64,000 nt of DNA from an uncultured Chloroflexia bacterium. GTDB taxonomy: Bacteria; Chloroflexota; Limnocylindria; QHBO01. Below the pieces are notes generated by a model. It had not been told where the DNA came from. It saw only the letters and a program-made list of their open reading frames with translations, and searched no databases. Location of the stretch: contig CAWHAZ010000003.1 of NCBI GenBank assembly GCA_963827475.1, positions 32,001 to 96,000 of the forward strand. Direction: 5' to 3'. This document shows positions 51,211 to 62,107 of this stretch, in pieces; position 1 is the stretch's first letter; every line of letters starts with the position of its first letter. The translations under genes and the position numbers were made by a program.

Positions 51211-51570
51211 ATGGCGACGCTTCTGTGGCTGGCGGTCGGGGTCCTCGTCGCGCTGTTGACCTGGGTCCTTGCCGCGAGCCTTCCCGTCCTGGCCGTCGTG
51301 GGGCCACTGGTCGTGCTGGCCTTGGTCATCGTCGGATTTCTGGTCCCGCGAGACGTGACCGCGGCCGGGGCGAAGGTCGGGATCGGCTTCGGGGCCACAT
51401 ATCTCGTCCTGTTCGGGCCGAACGTCCTCCGCGACCCGCTGTCCGCGACCGGGGCTGCCTACCTCCTGTTCGGGGGCGGTCTGCTCATCGGGACCCTGGG
51501 TCTGGCGGCCGTGGTGCGGAACCGCCTGCGGCGGAGGCGGGAGCGGGAAGCCGCAATCGCCCAGCTCTGA
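51211..51570 (+). CDS. Hypothetical multi-TM membrane protein
   Basis: Four hydrophobic segments and a basic tail. Confidence 0.55.
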   Translation: MATLLWLAVGVLVALLTWVLAASLPVLAVVGPLVVLALVIVGFLVPRDVTAAGAKVGIGFGATYLVLFGPNVLRDPLSATGAAYLLFGGGLLIGTLGLAAVVRNRLRRRREREAAIAQL

Positions 51571-52291
51571 GCGCGGCGGCGAACAGCGGCCGCACGGCGG
51601 CCAGCATGCGGCCCCCCAGACCCGCTCGGGAGCGGTACAGGGCGCGGCCCTTGTCCACCACGCGGGCCGCGATGACCGCATCGTCGCCGCCCGCCAACGC
51701 CGCATAGCCGGCGAGCGCGGCGGGCTCGTCACCGGCCAGCCAGCGGGCATCCGCGAGCGCCTCGCGCGCCGATCCGGCGTCCGGCATCAGCGTCACCGCT
51801 CGCTCGGCGGCGTCCAGCGCCGGCGTCGCCTGCCCCGCCCGGAGCAGCGCGCGGGTGAGGGTCAGCTGGGCGGCGGCGTCGGCGGGATCGAGGCGCAGCG
51901 CCCGCCGGGCGGCCTCCATCGCCTCCTCGGACTCGGCCGCTGCCAGCCGCTCGACGGCCTCGGCGCGTGTCCATGCGGCCTGGCGAGGGTCGAGGCGAGC
52001 GAGGCGGGCGTACTCCTCGGCCGACTCGCGGTGGGCCCCGGTCGCGGATAGGACCTCGGCCAGCAGCTCGCGGTAGCGGACCTCGTCGGGGTCGAGGCGG
52101 ACCGCGGACTGGGCGTCGGTTTCCGCGTCGGCCAGGTGCCCAAGCGCGAGATGTGCGCGGGCGCGCAGCTCGTGGGCCGCGTCGTTGCCCGGCTGGTCGG
52201 CCAGGATGTCGCCGGCCTGCCGGATGACCGCTGCGTGGTCGCCGCGGTCCGCCGCCGCCGTCAGACCGGCGAAGGCGGAGCCATCGCTCAT
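51485..52291 (-). CDS. Tetratricopeptide repeat protein
   Basis: Repeated A..LDP helical repeats; ATG at 52291 overlaps the glyQS stop. Confidence 0.75.
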   Translation of the reverse strand: MSDGSAFAGLTAAADRGDHAAVIRQAGDILADQPGNDAAHELRARAHLALGHLADAETDAQSAVRLDPDEVRYRELLAEVLSATGAHRESAEEYARLARLDPRQAAWTRAEAVERLAAAESEEAMEAARRALRLDPADAAAQLTLTRALLRAGQATPALDAAERAVTLMPDAGSAREALADARWLAGDEPAALAGYAALAGGDDAVIAARVVDKGRALYRSRAGLGGRMLAAVRPLFAAALRAGRLRLPAPASAAGGSAPRPPDPGSR

Positions 52292-53657
52292 TCGGAAGCC
52301 GGCGCGGGGGCGCTCCCCGTCCACGACGCCGTCCCGTCGACCAGCTCGGCGACGCGCGACGGGATGGCATCGAGGGCGACCCGCTCCTGGGTCATCGAGT
52401 CGCGCTCGCGGATGGTGGCCGCGCCATCGGTCAGCGACTCGACGTCCACGGTCACGCAGAACGGGGTCCCGATCTCATCCTGGCGGCGATAGAGCTTGCC
52501 GATGGACGCGGTGTCGTCGTACATGGCGGCCATCGTCGTGCTTGAGGTCGGCGGTCAGCTTGCGAGCTACGTCCACGAGCTCGGGGCGGTTGCGCAGGAG
52601 GGGAAGGACGGCGACCGCCACCGGTGCCAGCGCGGGACGGATGCGGAGCACGACCCGCTTCTCGCCCGCCACCTGCTCCTCGTCGTAGCCGTCGACGAGC
52701 ACCGTCAGCGTCGCCCGATCCACGCCCATCGGCCGGCTCGATGACGTAGGGCACGATGTGCTCGCCGGTGGCCTCGTCGAAGACGGTCAGGCTCTTGCCG
52801 GAGGCGGCCGCGTGGGCGATCAGGTCGAAGTTCGTCCGGTCGGCGATGCCCTCCAGCTCGGACCAGCCCATCGGGAACGCGTACTCGATGTCCGTGGTCT
52901 GCCGGCTGTAATGCGACAGCTCGTCCGCGTCGTGGGGGCGGAGACGGAGGCGTTCGGAGTTGATGCCCATGACATCGGTCCACCAGCGCAGGCGCTCGTC
53001 GACCCAGTAGGCGAACCATCGGTCTTCGTCGGCCGGTGGGACGAAGTACTCCATCTCCATCTGCTCGAACTCGCGGAGGCGGAAGATGAAGTTGCCGGGC
53101 GTGATCTCGTTCCGGAAGCTCTTGCCGATCTGGGCGATCCCGAACGGCGGCTTGCGCCGCATCGATGTGGCCACGTTGGCGAAGTTCACGAAGATGCCCT
53201 GCGCCGTCTCGGGCCGCAGGTAGGCGAGGCTGGCGTCCTCCTCGACCGGCCCGACGTGGGTCTGGAACATGAGGTTGAACTGGCGGGCCTCGGTCAGGGT
53301 CCCGCGCTGGCCGCAGTCCGGGCACGCGATCTCCGCTGGCGGCCCCTTGAGGTCGCTCTCGCGGAACCGATGCTTGCAGTTGCGGCAGTCGACCATCGGG
53401 TCGGAGAAGCCGGCCACGTGGCCGGACGCCTCCCACACCCGCGGGTTCATGATGATCGCCGCGTCCAGGCCTTCGATGTCGTCTCGAAGGCGGACCATGG
53501 ATCGCCACCAGGCGGCCTTGATGTTGTTCTTCAGCTCGACGCCGAGCGGCCCGTAGTCCCAGAACCCGCCGATCCCGCCGTAGATCTCGCTCCCGCCGAA
53601 GACGAAACCCCGCCGCTTGGCGAGGCTGGCCAGGACGTCGAGGTTGGGCGCCGGCAT
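52288..53657 (-). CDS. glyQS: Glycine--tRNA ligase (alpha2, eukaryote/archaeal type); two frameshifts near 52735 and 52530
   Basis: [40 protein letters not shown].. [21 protein letters not shown]. Confidence 0.93.
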
Positions 53658-53668
53658 GGCAGGCGAGT

Positions 53669-54484
53669 CTAGCGCAGGACCGATGTCGCGCCGGCCGTCG
53701 GCGAGGTGACCGTCTCGATCCGGCTGACCTCGTCGAGGAAGTCGCGGGTGCGCAGCTCGCGCTCGAGCACGGCCGAAACCGTGGCGTGGAGGTGGCGCTC
53801 CACCTCGCGACCGACGGGCCGGGTCATGGCCACCCGCCCCGCCTCGTCAAGCCGGACGCGCTGGAAGTGGCGCATCGCCTTCAGGGCGGCGGTCGAGATC
53901 GCGGCCGCGGTCAGCGAGGCATGGTCGCACTCCGGACCGACCACCCCGCCCGCCACCGCGGCGTAGACGTTCCGGCCCGGCTCGACCTCCGCCCCGCACT
54001 CGATGCACGACCCGAGCTCCGGCCGATAGCCCATGGCCTCGAGCAGGTGCAGCTCGAAGCCGCGGGCAATCGCGTCCCGAGCGGGAATGGTCGGCGCGGC
54101 GTCGAGGGCGGCCAGGCCCTCGTTGAGCAGCTCGAAGGCGGCCGCGCTCTCGGCGCGCTCCTCGCAGAAGCGGTCCGCCAGCTCGGCGAGGTACCACGCG
54201 GCGGCCGTCGCGTGGAGGTCTGCCCGCAGGCCGAGGTGCGGGTCGAGGAGCTGCGACTGGGTGACGACGTCGAAGGTCCGACCGACGGCCAGCACGAGGT
54301 CGACCCGGCCCAGCGGCTCCAGGCCGCCGCCGATCCGCGACCGGGGACGGCGCACGCCCTTGGCGATGACCCGCAGCTTGCCGAGGTGCGGGGTGAGGAC
54401 GGTGAGCACCCGGTCGGCCTCGCCCAGGTCCAGGCCCCGGAGGACGATGGCCTCGGTCTTGTACAGGCGTGAGCGTGGGCTCAC
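53669..54484 (-). CDS. recO: DNA repair protein RecO
   Basis: [23 protein letters not shown], CxxC...GG..C zinc motif. Confidence 0.9.
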   Translation of the reverse strand: MSPRSRLYKTEAIVLRGLDLGEADRVLTVLTPHLGKLRVIAKGVRRPRSRIGGGLEPLGRVDLVLAVGRTFDVVTQSQLLDPHLGLRADLHATAAAWYLAELADRFCEERAESAAAFELLNEGLAALDAAPTIPARDAIARGFELHLLEAMGYRPELGSCIECGAEVEPGRNVYAAVAGGVVGPECDHASLTAAAISTAALKAMRHFQRVRLDEAGRVAMTRPVGREVERHLHATVSAVLERELRTRDFLDEVSRIETVTSPTAGATSVLR

Positions 54485-54511
54485 GAGCAGCCGGTCGAGT
54501 ACGCTTCGGAC

Positions 54512-55552
54512 GTGAACACTCGGGTCGAGTTTAGCCAGCTCATCGCGGACGTCGAGGCCGAGATGCAGTCCATCCTCGATGAGCATCGCGGCCCGGCCCG
54601 ACCGATGTACGACATGCTCGCCTACCACCTTGGGCTGGACGGCACGGACGGTTCGAGCGGGAAACGGATCCGTCCCCTGCTCGGCCTCCTCGTCATTCGC
54701 GCCCTGGGCCGTGACTACCGACGTGCCCTCGCCGGGGCGGCGGCCGTCGAGCTGGGCCACAACTTCAGCCTCGTCCACGACGACATCCAGGACGGTGACC
54801 GCGAACGCCGGCACCGGGCCACGCTGTGGGCCCGCTACGGGGTCCCGCAGGCGATCAACGCCGGCGACGCCCTGTTCGCCCTGTCCCGTCTCGCCCTGTA
54901 CCGCCTGAGCGCCGACGAGGACGACCCCGACGCACCCGAGCCTCGGCAGGTCATCGAGCTGATGCGGATCTATGACCAGACCTGCCTGTCGCTGTGCGAG
55001 GGCCAGTTCCTCGACATCAGCTTCGAGGCTCGCCTCGACGTGACCGTGGACGAGTACCTGCAGATGATCGAGCTGAAGACCGCGGCACTGATGGCGGCCG
55101 GCGTCGAGGCGGCGGCCATGCTCGCGTCCCATGATCCCGAGGTGGTCGGGCGCTTCCGTCGCTTCGGCGACCGGCTGGGTCTCGCGTTCCAGATGGCCGA
55201 CGACGTGAAGGGCGCGTTCTGGGACGAATCCGCCTCGGGCAAGGACGTGGCCGGCGACCTGCGGCGCCGGAAGAAGACGATGCCGGTCATCTGGGCCCTG
55301 AACCACGCGGCGGAGGCGGACCAGGCCCGGCTGCGCGAGCTGTTCGCCCAGCCACAGGATGGGCTCCAGCTGACCGATGCCGAGGTGGCGGAGGCGGCCG
55401 CCATCCTGGATCGATCCGGCGCGCGGGAGACGACCCTCCGGGAGGCCCGGCGCTACCGGGACGAGGCGCTGGCGGAGCTCGGGGATCTGCCGCTCGACAC
55501 GGCCGCGCGGGCCGAGCTCGAGCTATTCGTGGCGGGCGCGATCGCGGCCTAG
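54512..55552 (+). CDS. Short-chain polyprenyl diphosphate synthase (GGPP/FPP, IdsA-like)
   Basis: [16 protein letters not shown] (aromatic residue at -5), GQFLD, KT, FQMADD. Confidence 0.9.
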   Translation: MNTRVEFSQLIADVEAEMQSILDEHRGPARPMYDMLAYHLGLDGTDGSSGKRIRPLLGLLVIRALGRDYRRALAGAAAVELGHNFSLVHDDIQDGDRERRHRATLWARYGVPQAINAGDALFALSRLALYRLSADEDDPDAPEPRQVIELMRIYDQTCLSLCEGQFLDISFEARLDVTVDEYLQMIELKTAALMAAGVEAAAMLASHDPEVVGRFRRFGDRLGLAFQMADDVKGAFWDESASGKDVAGDLRRRKKTMPVIWALNHAAEADQARLRELFAQPQDGLQLTDAEVAEAAAILDRSGARETTLREARRYRDEALAELGDLPLDTAARAELELFVAGAIAA

Positions 55553-56922
55553 TCTTCCGCCTCGCGGCCGTTCGGGACCTGGACCGCCATCACCTTCGAC
55601 ACGCGCCGGGAGTCGGCGGCCAGGACGCGGAGCGTGACGTCGCGGTACTCGACCTCGGTCCCGACCAGGGGGATCCGGCCCACCCGGTGGATGATCAGCC
55701 CGCCGAGGGTGTCGTACGACTCCTCGTCGGGCTCCTCCAGGTCGCTGAGCTCGAACAGGTCCCGGAAGTCGTCCATCGTGACCCGACCGTCGAGCCGGAA
55801 GGCGCGGCGGTCGCCATCGGTCTCCACCGTCTCGACGAGGCTTTCCTCGATGTCGTACTCGTCCTGGATCTCGCCCACGATCTCCTCGACCAGGTCCTCG
55901 ATCGTGACCAGGCCGGCGGTCCCGCCGTACTCGTCCACGACGATGGCGATGTGGCGCCGGGCCGAACGCATCTCGGTCAGCATCTCGTCCACGCGTTTCG
56001 TTTCGGGCACGTACGCGGCGGGCCGGGCGAGGGATCGGATCTCGAGCGGCTCGCGCTGCTCGGCCGCCGGGAGCAGGTACGGCAGCATGTCCTTGGCGTA
56101 CAGGATGCCGACGATGTTGTCGAGGTTCTCGCGGTAGACCGGCACCCGCGAGTGGCCGGCTCGGACGATGAGGTCCAGGACCTCCTCGATCGGATCCTCG
56201 ACCTCGACCGCCTTGATCCCGATGCGAGGAATCATGACCTCGTGGATCTGCTTGTCGCCGAGCTCGATGACGCCGTGGATCATCTCCTTCTCGGCTTCCT
56301 CGATCTGGCCCTGGGCCGAACCGGTTTCCACCAGGAGCTTCAGCTCCTCCACCGACAGGAGCCCGGTCTGCGGGCGTTCCCGCCCACCAAAGAGTCGGAC
56401 GAGGAAGCCGCTGATCGTGGTCGTCAACCACACCAGCGGGGCCAGGAAGCGCTCCATGACGCTCAGCGGACGCGCGGCGAGGAGCGAGAAGCGCTCCGGG
56501 AAGTTCAGAGCCAGCGTCTTCGGAACCAGCTCCCCGACGATGATCGAGGTCAGCGCGATGAGCAGCGTGACGAAGATGAACGCGATCGACTCGGCCGCAT
56601 CCTGGATCGGCGCCCACGGGATGGCAGCGACCGCATCGGCGATGACCGCGCTGAACGCGATCGCGCCGATGGCCGACGCGAGGAAGCCGAGGAACGTGAT
56701 CGCGACCTGGATGGTGGCGAGGAAGCGCTGCGGATCGTCGACCAGGCGGGCCGCGGTCCGCGCGCCGCGGCGGCCCTCGTCGGCGAGCTGGTCAAGGCGC
56801 GTGCGGCGGACGGTAAGCAGGGCGATCTCGGCCGCGGCGAACACCCCGCCGATCAGGATCAGGACCAGGACGATGAGCAGGTCAATCCATGGGTTGCCGG
56901 TCCCGGCCGCGCCCTCAGGCAT
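55549..56922 (-). CDS. CNNM/hemolysin-family (DUF21-CBS-CorC) protein
   Basis: FAAAEIA, GELVPK, VMIPR, HSRVPV, VDEYGG, EDLVEEIVGEI. Confidence 0.92.
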   Translation of the reverse strand: MPEGAAGTGNPWIDLLIVLVLILIGGVFAAAEIALLTVRRTRLDQLADEGRRGARTAARLVDDPQRFLATIQVAITFLGFLASAIGAIAFSAVIADAVAAIPWAPIQDAAESIAFIFVTLLIALTSIIVGELVPKTLALNFPERFSLLAARPLSVMERFLAPLVWLTTTISGFLVRLFGGRERPQTGLLSVEELKLLVETGSAQGQIEEAEKEMIHGVIELGDKQIHEVMIPRIGIKAVEVEDPIEEVLDLIVRAGHSRVPVYRENLDNIVGILYAKDMLPYLLPAAEQREPLEIRSLARPAAYVPETKRVDEMLTEMRSARRHIAIVVDEYGGTAGLVTIEDLVEEIVGEIQDEYDIEESLVETVETDGDRRAFRLDGRVTMDDFRDLFELSDLEEPDEESYDTLGGLIIHRVGRIPLVGTEVEYRDVTLRVLAADSRRVSKVMAVQVPNGREAED

Positions 56923-58294
56923 CCGGAGGGTCACCCTCCCGTCGTCCCCGCCGCATCTCGATCGGCCGGGCAGGAACGCCGACCACCGTCTTGCCCGGCG
57001 CCACGTCGCGGGTGACGACGCTGCCGGCGCCGGTCTTCGCCCCGGGCCCGACGGTCACCGGGGCGCGCAGCATGGTGTCGACACCGATGAACGCGCCGTC
57101 GCCGATGACCGTCTCGTGCTTGGTCGTCCCGTCGAAGTTGGCGGTCACGGTGCCGGCCCCGATGTTCACGTCATCGCCGACCTGGGCGTCACCCAGGTAG
57201 CTGAAGTGGTGCTGCCGCACCCGCGCCCCGAGCCGGCTCTTCTTGACCTCCGCGTAGTTCCCGATCTCGGAGCCGGCACCGACCACGCTTCCCGGGCGGA
57301 GGTGGCTCATCGGTCCGACGTGGGCGTCCTCGCCCACCTCCGACTCCTCGACCCAGGAGCCGTACACGTGGGCCCGAGCGTCGATCCGACTGTCCCGAAT
57401 CCGGCTGCCCGGACCGATGACAGCCTCGGGACCGATGACCGTGCGCCCGCTGAGCACCGTCCAGGGCTCGATCCGCGCGTCCTGGCCGATCTCGACCGCG
57501 GAGTCGATGAACGTGCTCGCGGGGTCGACGATGGTGACCCCGGCCCGCATATGGTCCTCCGCAATGCGCGCTCGGAGCAGGCGATCCGCGGCGGCAAGCT
57601 GGACCCGATCGTTGATGCCCATGGCCAGCTCGGGGCGGGGCGCGGTCACCACCCGGACGACCTGTCCCTCGCCGGTCGCCAGGCCAACCAGGTCCGTCAG
57701 GTAGTACTCCCCGGACGGGCTGACCGGGACGCGAGCAACGTGGGAGCGCAGCCACGCCCCGTCGAAGCAGTAGGTTCCCGCGTTCACCTCGTCCAGGGCG
57801 CGGGTCGCGGAATCGGCGTCCGCTTCCTCGACGATCGCCTGGCAGCTGTCGTCGGGGGCCCGCACGATGCGCCCGTAGCCGGAGGGGTCCTGGAGCCGGG
57901 CGGAGAGCAGCACGATCGGGGCATCGGCCCGCGTCTGCTCGTCAACGAGCGCGCGAACCAGCTCCGGCGGCAGGAGCGGAACGTCGGCCATGGTCACCAG
58001 GACCTGGTGCACGGCCTCGGGGATGGCGGACAGCCCGACGCGCACCGCGTCGGCGGTGCCCCGCTGCGGCTCCTGGCGGACGGCCACCACGGCCGTGCTG
58101 TCCAGCGCGGGCTCCACCGCTTCGGCTTCGTGGCCGGTGACGACCACGATGGGGCTCGCCTCGAGGTCGGCGAGCAGGCCGAGCACATGGTGAATGAGAG
58201 GACGGCCGGCCAGCGGGTGGAGGACCTTGGGGAGCCGCGACCGCATCCGCGTCCCCTGGCCCGCGGCCAGCACGATGGCGGCGAGGCTGGGCAT
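56915..58294 (-). CDS. glmU: Bifunctional GlcNAc-1-P uridyltransferase/acetyltransferase
   Basis: LAAGQGTRM..PKVLH, GYGRIVR, EYYLTD, hexapeptide repeats, HFSYLGD. Confidence 0.96.
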   Translation of the reverse strand: MPSLAAIVLAAGQGTRMRSRLPKVLHPLAGRPLIHHVLGLLADLEASPIVVVTGHEAEAVEPALDSTAVVAVRQEPQRGTADAVRVGLSAIPEAVHQVLVTMADVPLLPPELVRALVDEQTRADAPIVLLSARLQDPSGYGRIVRAPDDSCQAIVEEADADSATRALDEVNAGTYCFDGAWLRSHVARVPVSPSGEYYLTDLVGLATGEGQVVRVVTAPRPELAMGINDRVQLAAADRLLRARIAEDHMRAGVTIVDPASTFIDSAVEIGQDARIEPWTVLSGRTVIGPEAVIGPGSRIRDSRIDARAHVYGSWVEESEVGEDAHVGPMSHLRPGSVVGAGSEIGNYAEVKKSRLGARVRQHHFSYLGDAQVGDDVNIGAGTVTANFDGTTKHETVIGDGAFIGVDTMLRAPVTVGPGAKTGAGSVVTRDVAPGKTVVGVPARPIEMRRGRREGDPPDA

Positions 58295-58331
58295 CAGAGG
58301 CGAGGATGGTAGGAGCGGGCTCGAACGAGCG

Positions 58332-58733
58332 TCAACTTGCGCCGGCTTCCTCCACGAGCGCCACGCACTCGATCTCGACCCGTCCGTCGCGGGGGAGGGC
58401 GCGGACCGCCACCGTCGTCCGCGCCGGATATGGCTCCGGGAACGCGGCCGCGTAGGCCTCGTTCATGGCCGCGAAGTCGGCCATGTCGACCAGGAACACG
58501 GTCGTTTTCAGGACACGGTCCAGGCTCGAGCCGGCCGCGTCGAGGATGGCCGACAGGTTGGCGACGGCGCGTGCGGTCTGCGGGCCCGCCCCGCCGGGGA
58601 CAAGCTCCCCGGTCGTCGGGTCGACCCCCAGGTTGCCGGCGGTGTACACCAGCCCGGCGCCGGCCATGCCCTGGCTGTAGGCGGCAATGGCGCCGCCCGC
58701 ACTCTCGGTGCGGATCGCGTGCCGAGTGCTCAC
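58332..58733 (-). CDS. ridA: RidA/YjgF reactive intermediate deaminase
   Basis: YSQG, KTTVFL.DM.DFAAMN, PARTTV, LP...VEIE. Confidence 0.88.
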   Translation of the reverse strand: MSTRHAIRTESAGGAIAAYSQGMAGAGLVYTAGNLGVDPTTGELVPGGAGPQTARAVANLSAILDAAGSSLDRVLKTTVFLVDMADFAAMNEAYAAAFPEPYPARTTVAVRALPRDGRVEIECVALVEEAGAS

Positions 58734-58740
58734 GGCTGGC

Positions 58741-59611
58741 TCACCACGGCTCGATGCTAGCCGGTTCGGCTCTCAGGTGAGTGCGGGTTGCCGCCAGCCC
58801 GGCCCGCTCGACGCGGCGCGCCACGCCGTCTGCCCGTTCCGGGTCGTCGGTCAGCACGAACACGGTCGGGCCCGATCCGGTCAGGTGAGGCGCTCCCCCC
58901 GCCGCGGCCACCAACCGGAAGATGTCGTCGAGCTCAGGCCTCAGGCGGGATGCGGCCGGGAGCAGGTCGTTGCGCCCCGGGGCAGTCTCGGGCGCTTCCT
59001 GCGCGGTCGACCAGTCCGCAGGCCGCAGCTCGGCGAAGACCGATGCGGTTGACAGCCCGAACGGTGCGTGGACCAGCACGACCTCCTCGCCCGCGGGGAC
59101 CTCCGCCCTGGGCTGCACGAACTCACCGACGCCGCCGATCCGGGCCGCGGCTGCCTGGGCCGCAAAGAACGGAATGTCGGCCCCGATCCCGGCAAGAAGG
59201 CTCAGGGCCTCCGGGTCGGGCGGATCATCTGCCGCGCCTTGCGTCCGCCGTGCCAGGCGCCAGGCCGCGGCCGCGTCCGACGAGCCGCCGCCGAGCCCGG
59301 CCGCGACCGGGATCTGCTTGTCCACGGAGAGGCTGCCGGCGCCGGTTTCGGTCGACCGCCTCCGTGCCCAGGCCCGAGATCCAGCCACGCCAGGCCAGGT
59401 TCGTGCGGTCCTCGGCAACGTCCGCGGCGTGCGGACCGCTGACCTCCAGCTCCGGGCCGTCCGGCCCCACGCGCACGACATCGGCCAGCTTGAGGAGCAC
59501 CAGCAGCGACTCGAGCTCGTGGAAGCCATCCGGCCGACGCCCGACCACGCGCAGCCACAGGTTCAGCTTCGCCGGGGCTGCGAGTCGCCACCGCCCTACG
59601 CGATCAGGCAC
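58741..59611 (-). CDS. ispE: 4-diphosphocytidyl-2-C-methyl-D-erythritol kinase; frameshift near 59350
   Basis: APAKLNL, DGFHELES in one frame; KQIPVAAGLGGGSSDAAA, GADIPFF, NDL, TGSGPT in the next. Confidence 0.9.
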
Positions 59612-60482
59612 CGTTTTGCTCCAGGAATGGCTTCAGGGTCGCTGCCAGGCACGCCCATTCGGCCACGGACAACGTCTGCGGCCGACGGTCGGGCGTCACC
59701 GCGCAGCCGGCCAGGGCCCCGCCCACCGTGTCCCGGTCGACCGGCAGCTCGCGGACGAGGCTGTTGTGGATCTGCTTTCGCCGCTGCCGGAATGCGGCCT
59801 GCACCACGCGATGGAACGTCTCGCGCTCCTCGGCCGGCACTACGGGCGACGGGCGAACCATCAGCCGCAGGATCGCGGAGTCGACCTCCGGCGCCGGTTC
59901 GAAGGCGCCGGCCGGGACGCGAGCCACGACCTCTGCCTCCGCAAGGTCCTGGACGAACACGGACAGGTAGCTCATGCCCCCCGGCGTCGAGGCAATGCGG
60001 TCTGCGACCTCCGCCTGGACGAGCAGCACCGCCCGCACCGGGGGGTGGTCGGCACCGAGGAACTGGTGCAGCAGCGGGCTGGTGATGTGGTACGGGATGT
60101 TCGCCACCAGGGCGTATGGCTCGCCCGGGAACAACGTGGCCGGATCGATGGACAGCGCGTCGGCGTGGAGCAGGGTCAGGTCGTCGGCGTCGTCGAGCTC
60201 GCGGCGCAGGTAGCCGATCAGGTGCGGGTCGACCTCGATCGCTGTCACCGCACAGCCGGCGGCCAGCAGCCGCCGGGTCAGGACGCCAAGCCCGGGGCCG
60301 ATCTCCACCACACGGTCGCCGGAGCGCAGGTCGGCGGCGGCCACGATCGTGTCCAGTGCCTCCGCATCGGTCAGGAAGTTCTGGCTGAGGCCGTGCCGCG
60401 GACGCAGCCCCTCCTCGCGCAGCAGCCGCCGCAGCTCCCCGGGAGTGGGCGGCCGCAGCGGGTCGTCGGCGCCTCCTCCCAT
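59604..60482 (-). CDS. rsmA: 16S rRNA m6,2A dimethyltransferase
   Basis: SQNFL, EIGPGLG, ANIPYHIT, QAEVADRI, PEVDSA, FRQRRK. Confidence 0.95.
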   Translation of the reverse strand: MGGGADDPLRPPTPGELRRLLREEGLRPRHGLSQNFLTDAEALDTIVAAADLRSGDRVVEIGPGLGVLTRRLLAAGCAVTAIEVDPHLIGYLRRELDDADDLTLLHADALSIDPATLFPGEPYALVANIPYHITSPLLHQFLGADHPPVRAVLLVQAEVADRIASTPGGMSYLSVFVQDLAEAEVVARVPAGAFEPAPEVDSAILRLMVRPSPVVPAEERETFHRVVQAAFRQRRKQIHNSLVRELPVDRDTVGGALAGCAVTPDRRPQTLSVAEWACLAATLKPFLEQNGA

Positions 60483-61568
60483 CAGGCTCCGTCCTGCCAG
60501 GGCAGGGCGAGGGAGGGCACGGCCTCCAGCTCCGGGCCGGCTCGCGCTCCGGCGGCGAAGCGGTGGGCCGCCGCCGCGCCGATCATCGCCCCGTTGTCGG
60601 TGCACCAGGCGGGTGGCGGGACCAGCAGGGGCAGCCCGCCGAGACGGTCCGCCAGCGTGCGCCGCAGGGCGCGGTTGGCCGCCACCCCGCCGCCGAGGGC
60701 CACCGCGGCCACGTCGTGCTCGCCGGCGGCCGCCACCGTTCGGCGCACGAGCTGGTCGACCACCGCGCGCTCGAACGCGGCGGCGATGCCGTCGACCGGG
60801 ATCGGCTCGCCCCGTGATCGATATCCCTCCACCTCGCGCAGGACGGCGGTCTTCAGGCCGGAGAACGAGAAGTCGTAGCGACCTCGCGTCCGCGCCAGCG
60901 GAAAGCGCGTCGCGGGGGCAGCTCCCTCGGCGGCGGCCGAGATGGCCGGTCCCCCGGGATACGCCAGCCCGAGCAGGCGCCCGACCTTGTCGAACGCCTC
61001 TCCGGCCGCGTCATCCACCGTCTGACCGAGCAGTCGGTACTGGCCGTGATCGGCCATCAGCACCAGCTGGGTGTGGCCCCCGGACACGACCAGGCACAGC
61101 AGGGGAAAGGGCGGCTCCGGCGGCTCGGGCAGGGAGTGGCCGGCTTCGGTTCCCCCGCCATTCGGTCGTTCCGCCATCGGTCGTTCCGCCATCGGTCAGC
61201 CAATTGGCGTAGATGTGCCCCTCGATGTGGTTGACCGGGACCAGGGGGAGGTCGTGGCTGGCCGCCAGGCCCTTGCCCACGTTGACCCCCACCAGCAGCG
61301 AACCGATGAGCCCGGGCCCGTAGGTGACCGCAATGGCGTCGAGGTCGGTCCAGTCGACCTCGGCCTCGCGCAGGGCGGCCTCCAGGCTCGGCACGATCCA
61401 GCGCAGCTGCTGGCGGGCCGCGACCTCTGGAACGATGCCGCCCGTCGTCGCATGCAGCGCGACCTGGCTGGCGACGACGTTGGCCTCGATCCGGCGACCA
61501 CCGGTCACCACCGCCACGCCGGTCTCGTCGCAGCTGGTCTCGATGGCCAGGATGCGCGGGCCGCTCAC
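60482..61568 (-). CDS. tsaD: tRNA N6-threonylcarbamoyltransferase; frameshift at about 61161
   Basis: IETSCDET, GPGLIGSL, NHIEGH; then SGGHT, DDAAGEAFDK, FSFSGLKT, GGVAAN, CTDNGAMI. Confidence 0.93.
61156..61197. repeat. 15-bp tandem repeat (CGCCATCGGTCGTTC, about 2.7 copies) inside tsaD
   Basis: Copies at 61156 (with an extra T), 61172 and 61187; encodes TDGGT repeats on the minus strand. Confidence 0.85.
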
Positions 61569-62107
61569 CGGTCGGCGGCCTCCTCGTCCCGGGCGTCGTC
61601 GGCCGCCGCCGCGCGGGCCGCGGCCATCGACTCGCGCATGGCCCGGCTGTCGAGCGGCGGCGTGGTCATGATGTAGGCGTCCTCGCCGTCGTCGGTGTAG
61701 TAGCGCTCCCGGCGACCGGCAACGGCGAAGCCGTGGGCCGCGTACAGCGCCTGGGCAGCGAGGTTGGAGACGCGGACCTCGAGCGTCATCGTGGCCGCGC
61801 CGAGCTCCTCGGCCACGACCAGCAGGGCGAGCAGCAGCCGGCGTCCGACGCCCTGCCGTCGCCAGTCGGGGTGTACGGCAAAGGTGGTGATGTGGGCCTC
61901 GTCGACCATGAGCCACACCCCGGCGTACCCCACCACCGCCCCGCCCTGGCGGGCGACCGTGTAGCGGGCGAGGCGGTTGTGCCGGAGCTCCTGGTGGAAG
62001 GCCTCAGGCGGCCAGGGTGTCGTGAAGCTCGCCCGCTCGATCTCGAGGACGGCGGGTATGTCGTCCAGAACCATCGTCCCGATCCGGACCGCGGCGGTCA
62101 GAGCCAT
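61565..62107 (-). CDS. rimI: Ribosomal protein S18 alanine N-acetyltransferase
   Basis: PW, EAHITTFAVHP..RRQGVG, LEVRVSN..AQALY, YY.D.EDA. Confidence 0.9.
   Translation of the reverse strand: MALTAAVRIGTMVLDDIPAVLEIERASFTTPWPPEAFHQELRHNRLARYTVARQGGAVVGYAGVWLMVDEAHITTFAVHPDWRRQGVGRRLLLALLVVAEELGAATMTLEVRVSNLAAQALYAAHGFAVAGRRERYYTDDGEDAYIMTTPPLDSRAMRESMAAARAAAADDARDEEAADR

Noticed and set aside
11166-61568. Frameshifts in pccB, BCCP, the ASPIC/UnbV gene, the MFS gene, glyQS, ispE, tsaD and the Cys-rich gene as pseudogenes or programmed frameshifting
   Set aside because: They hit essential genes, are scattered, leave all motifs intact and share no slippery site that I could see; uncorrected sequencing indels are more likely. 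Read mapping would decide.
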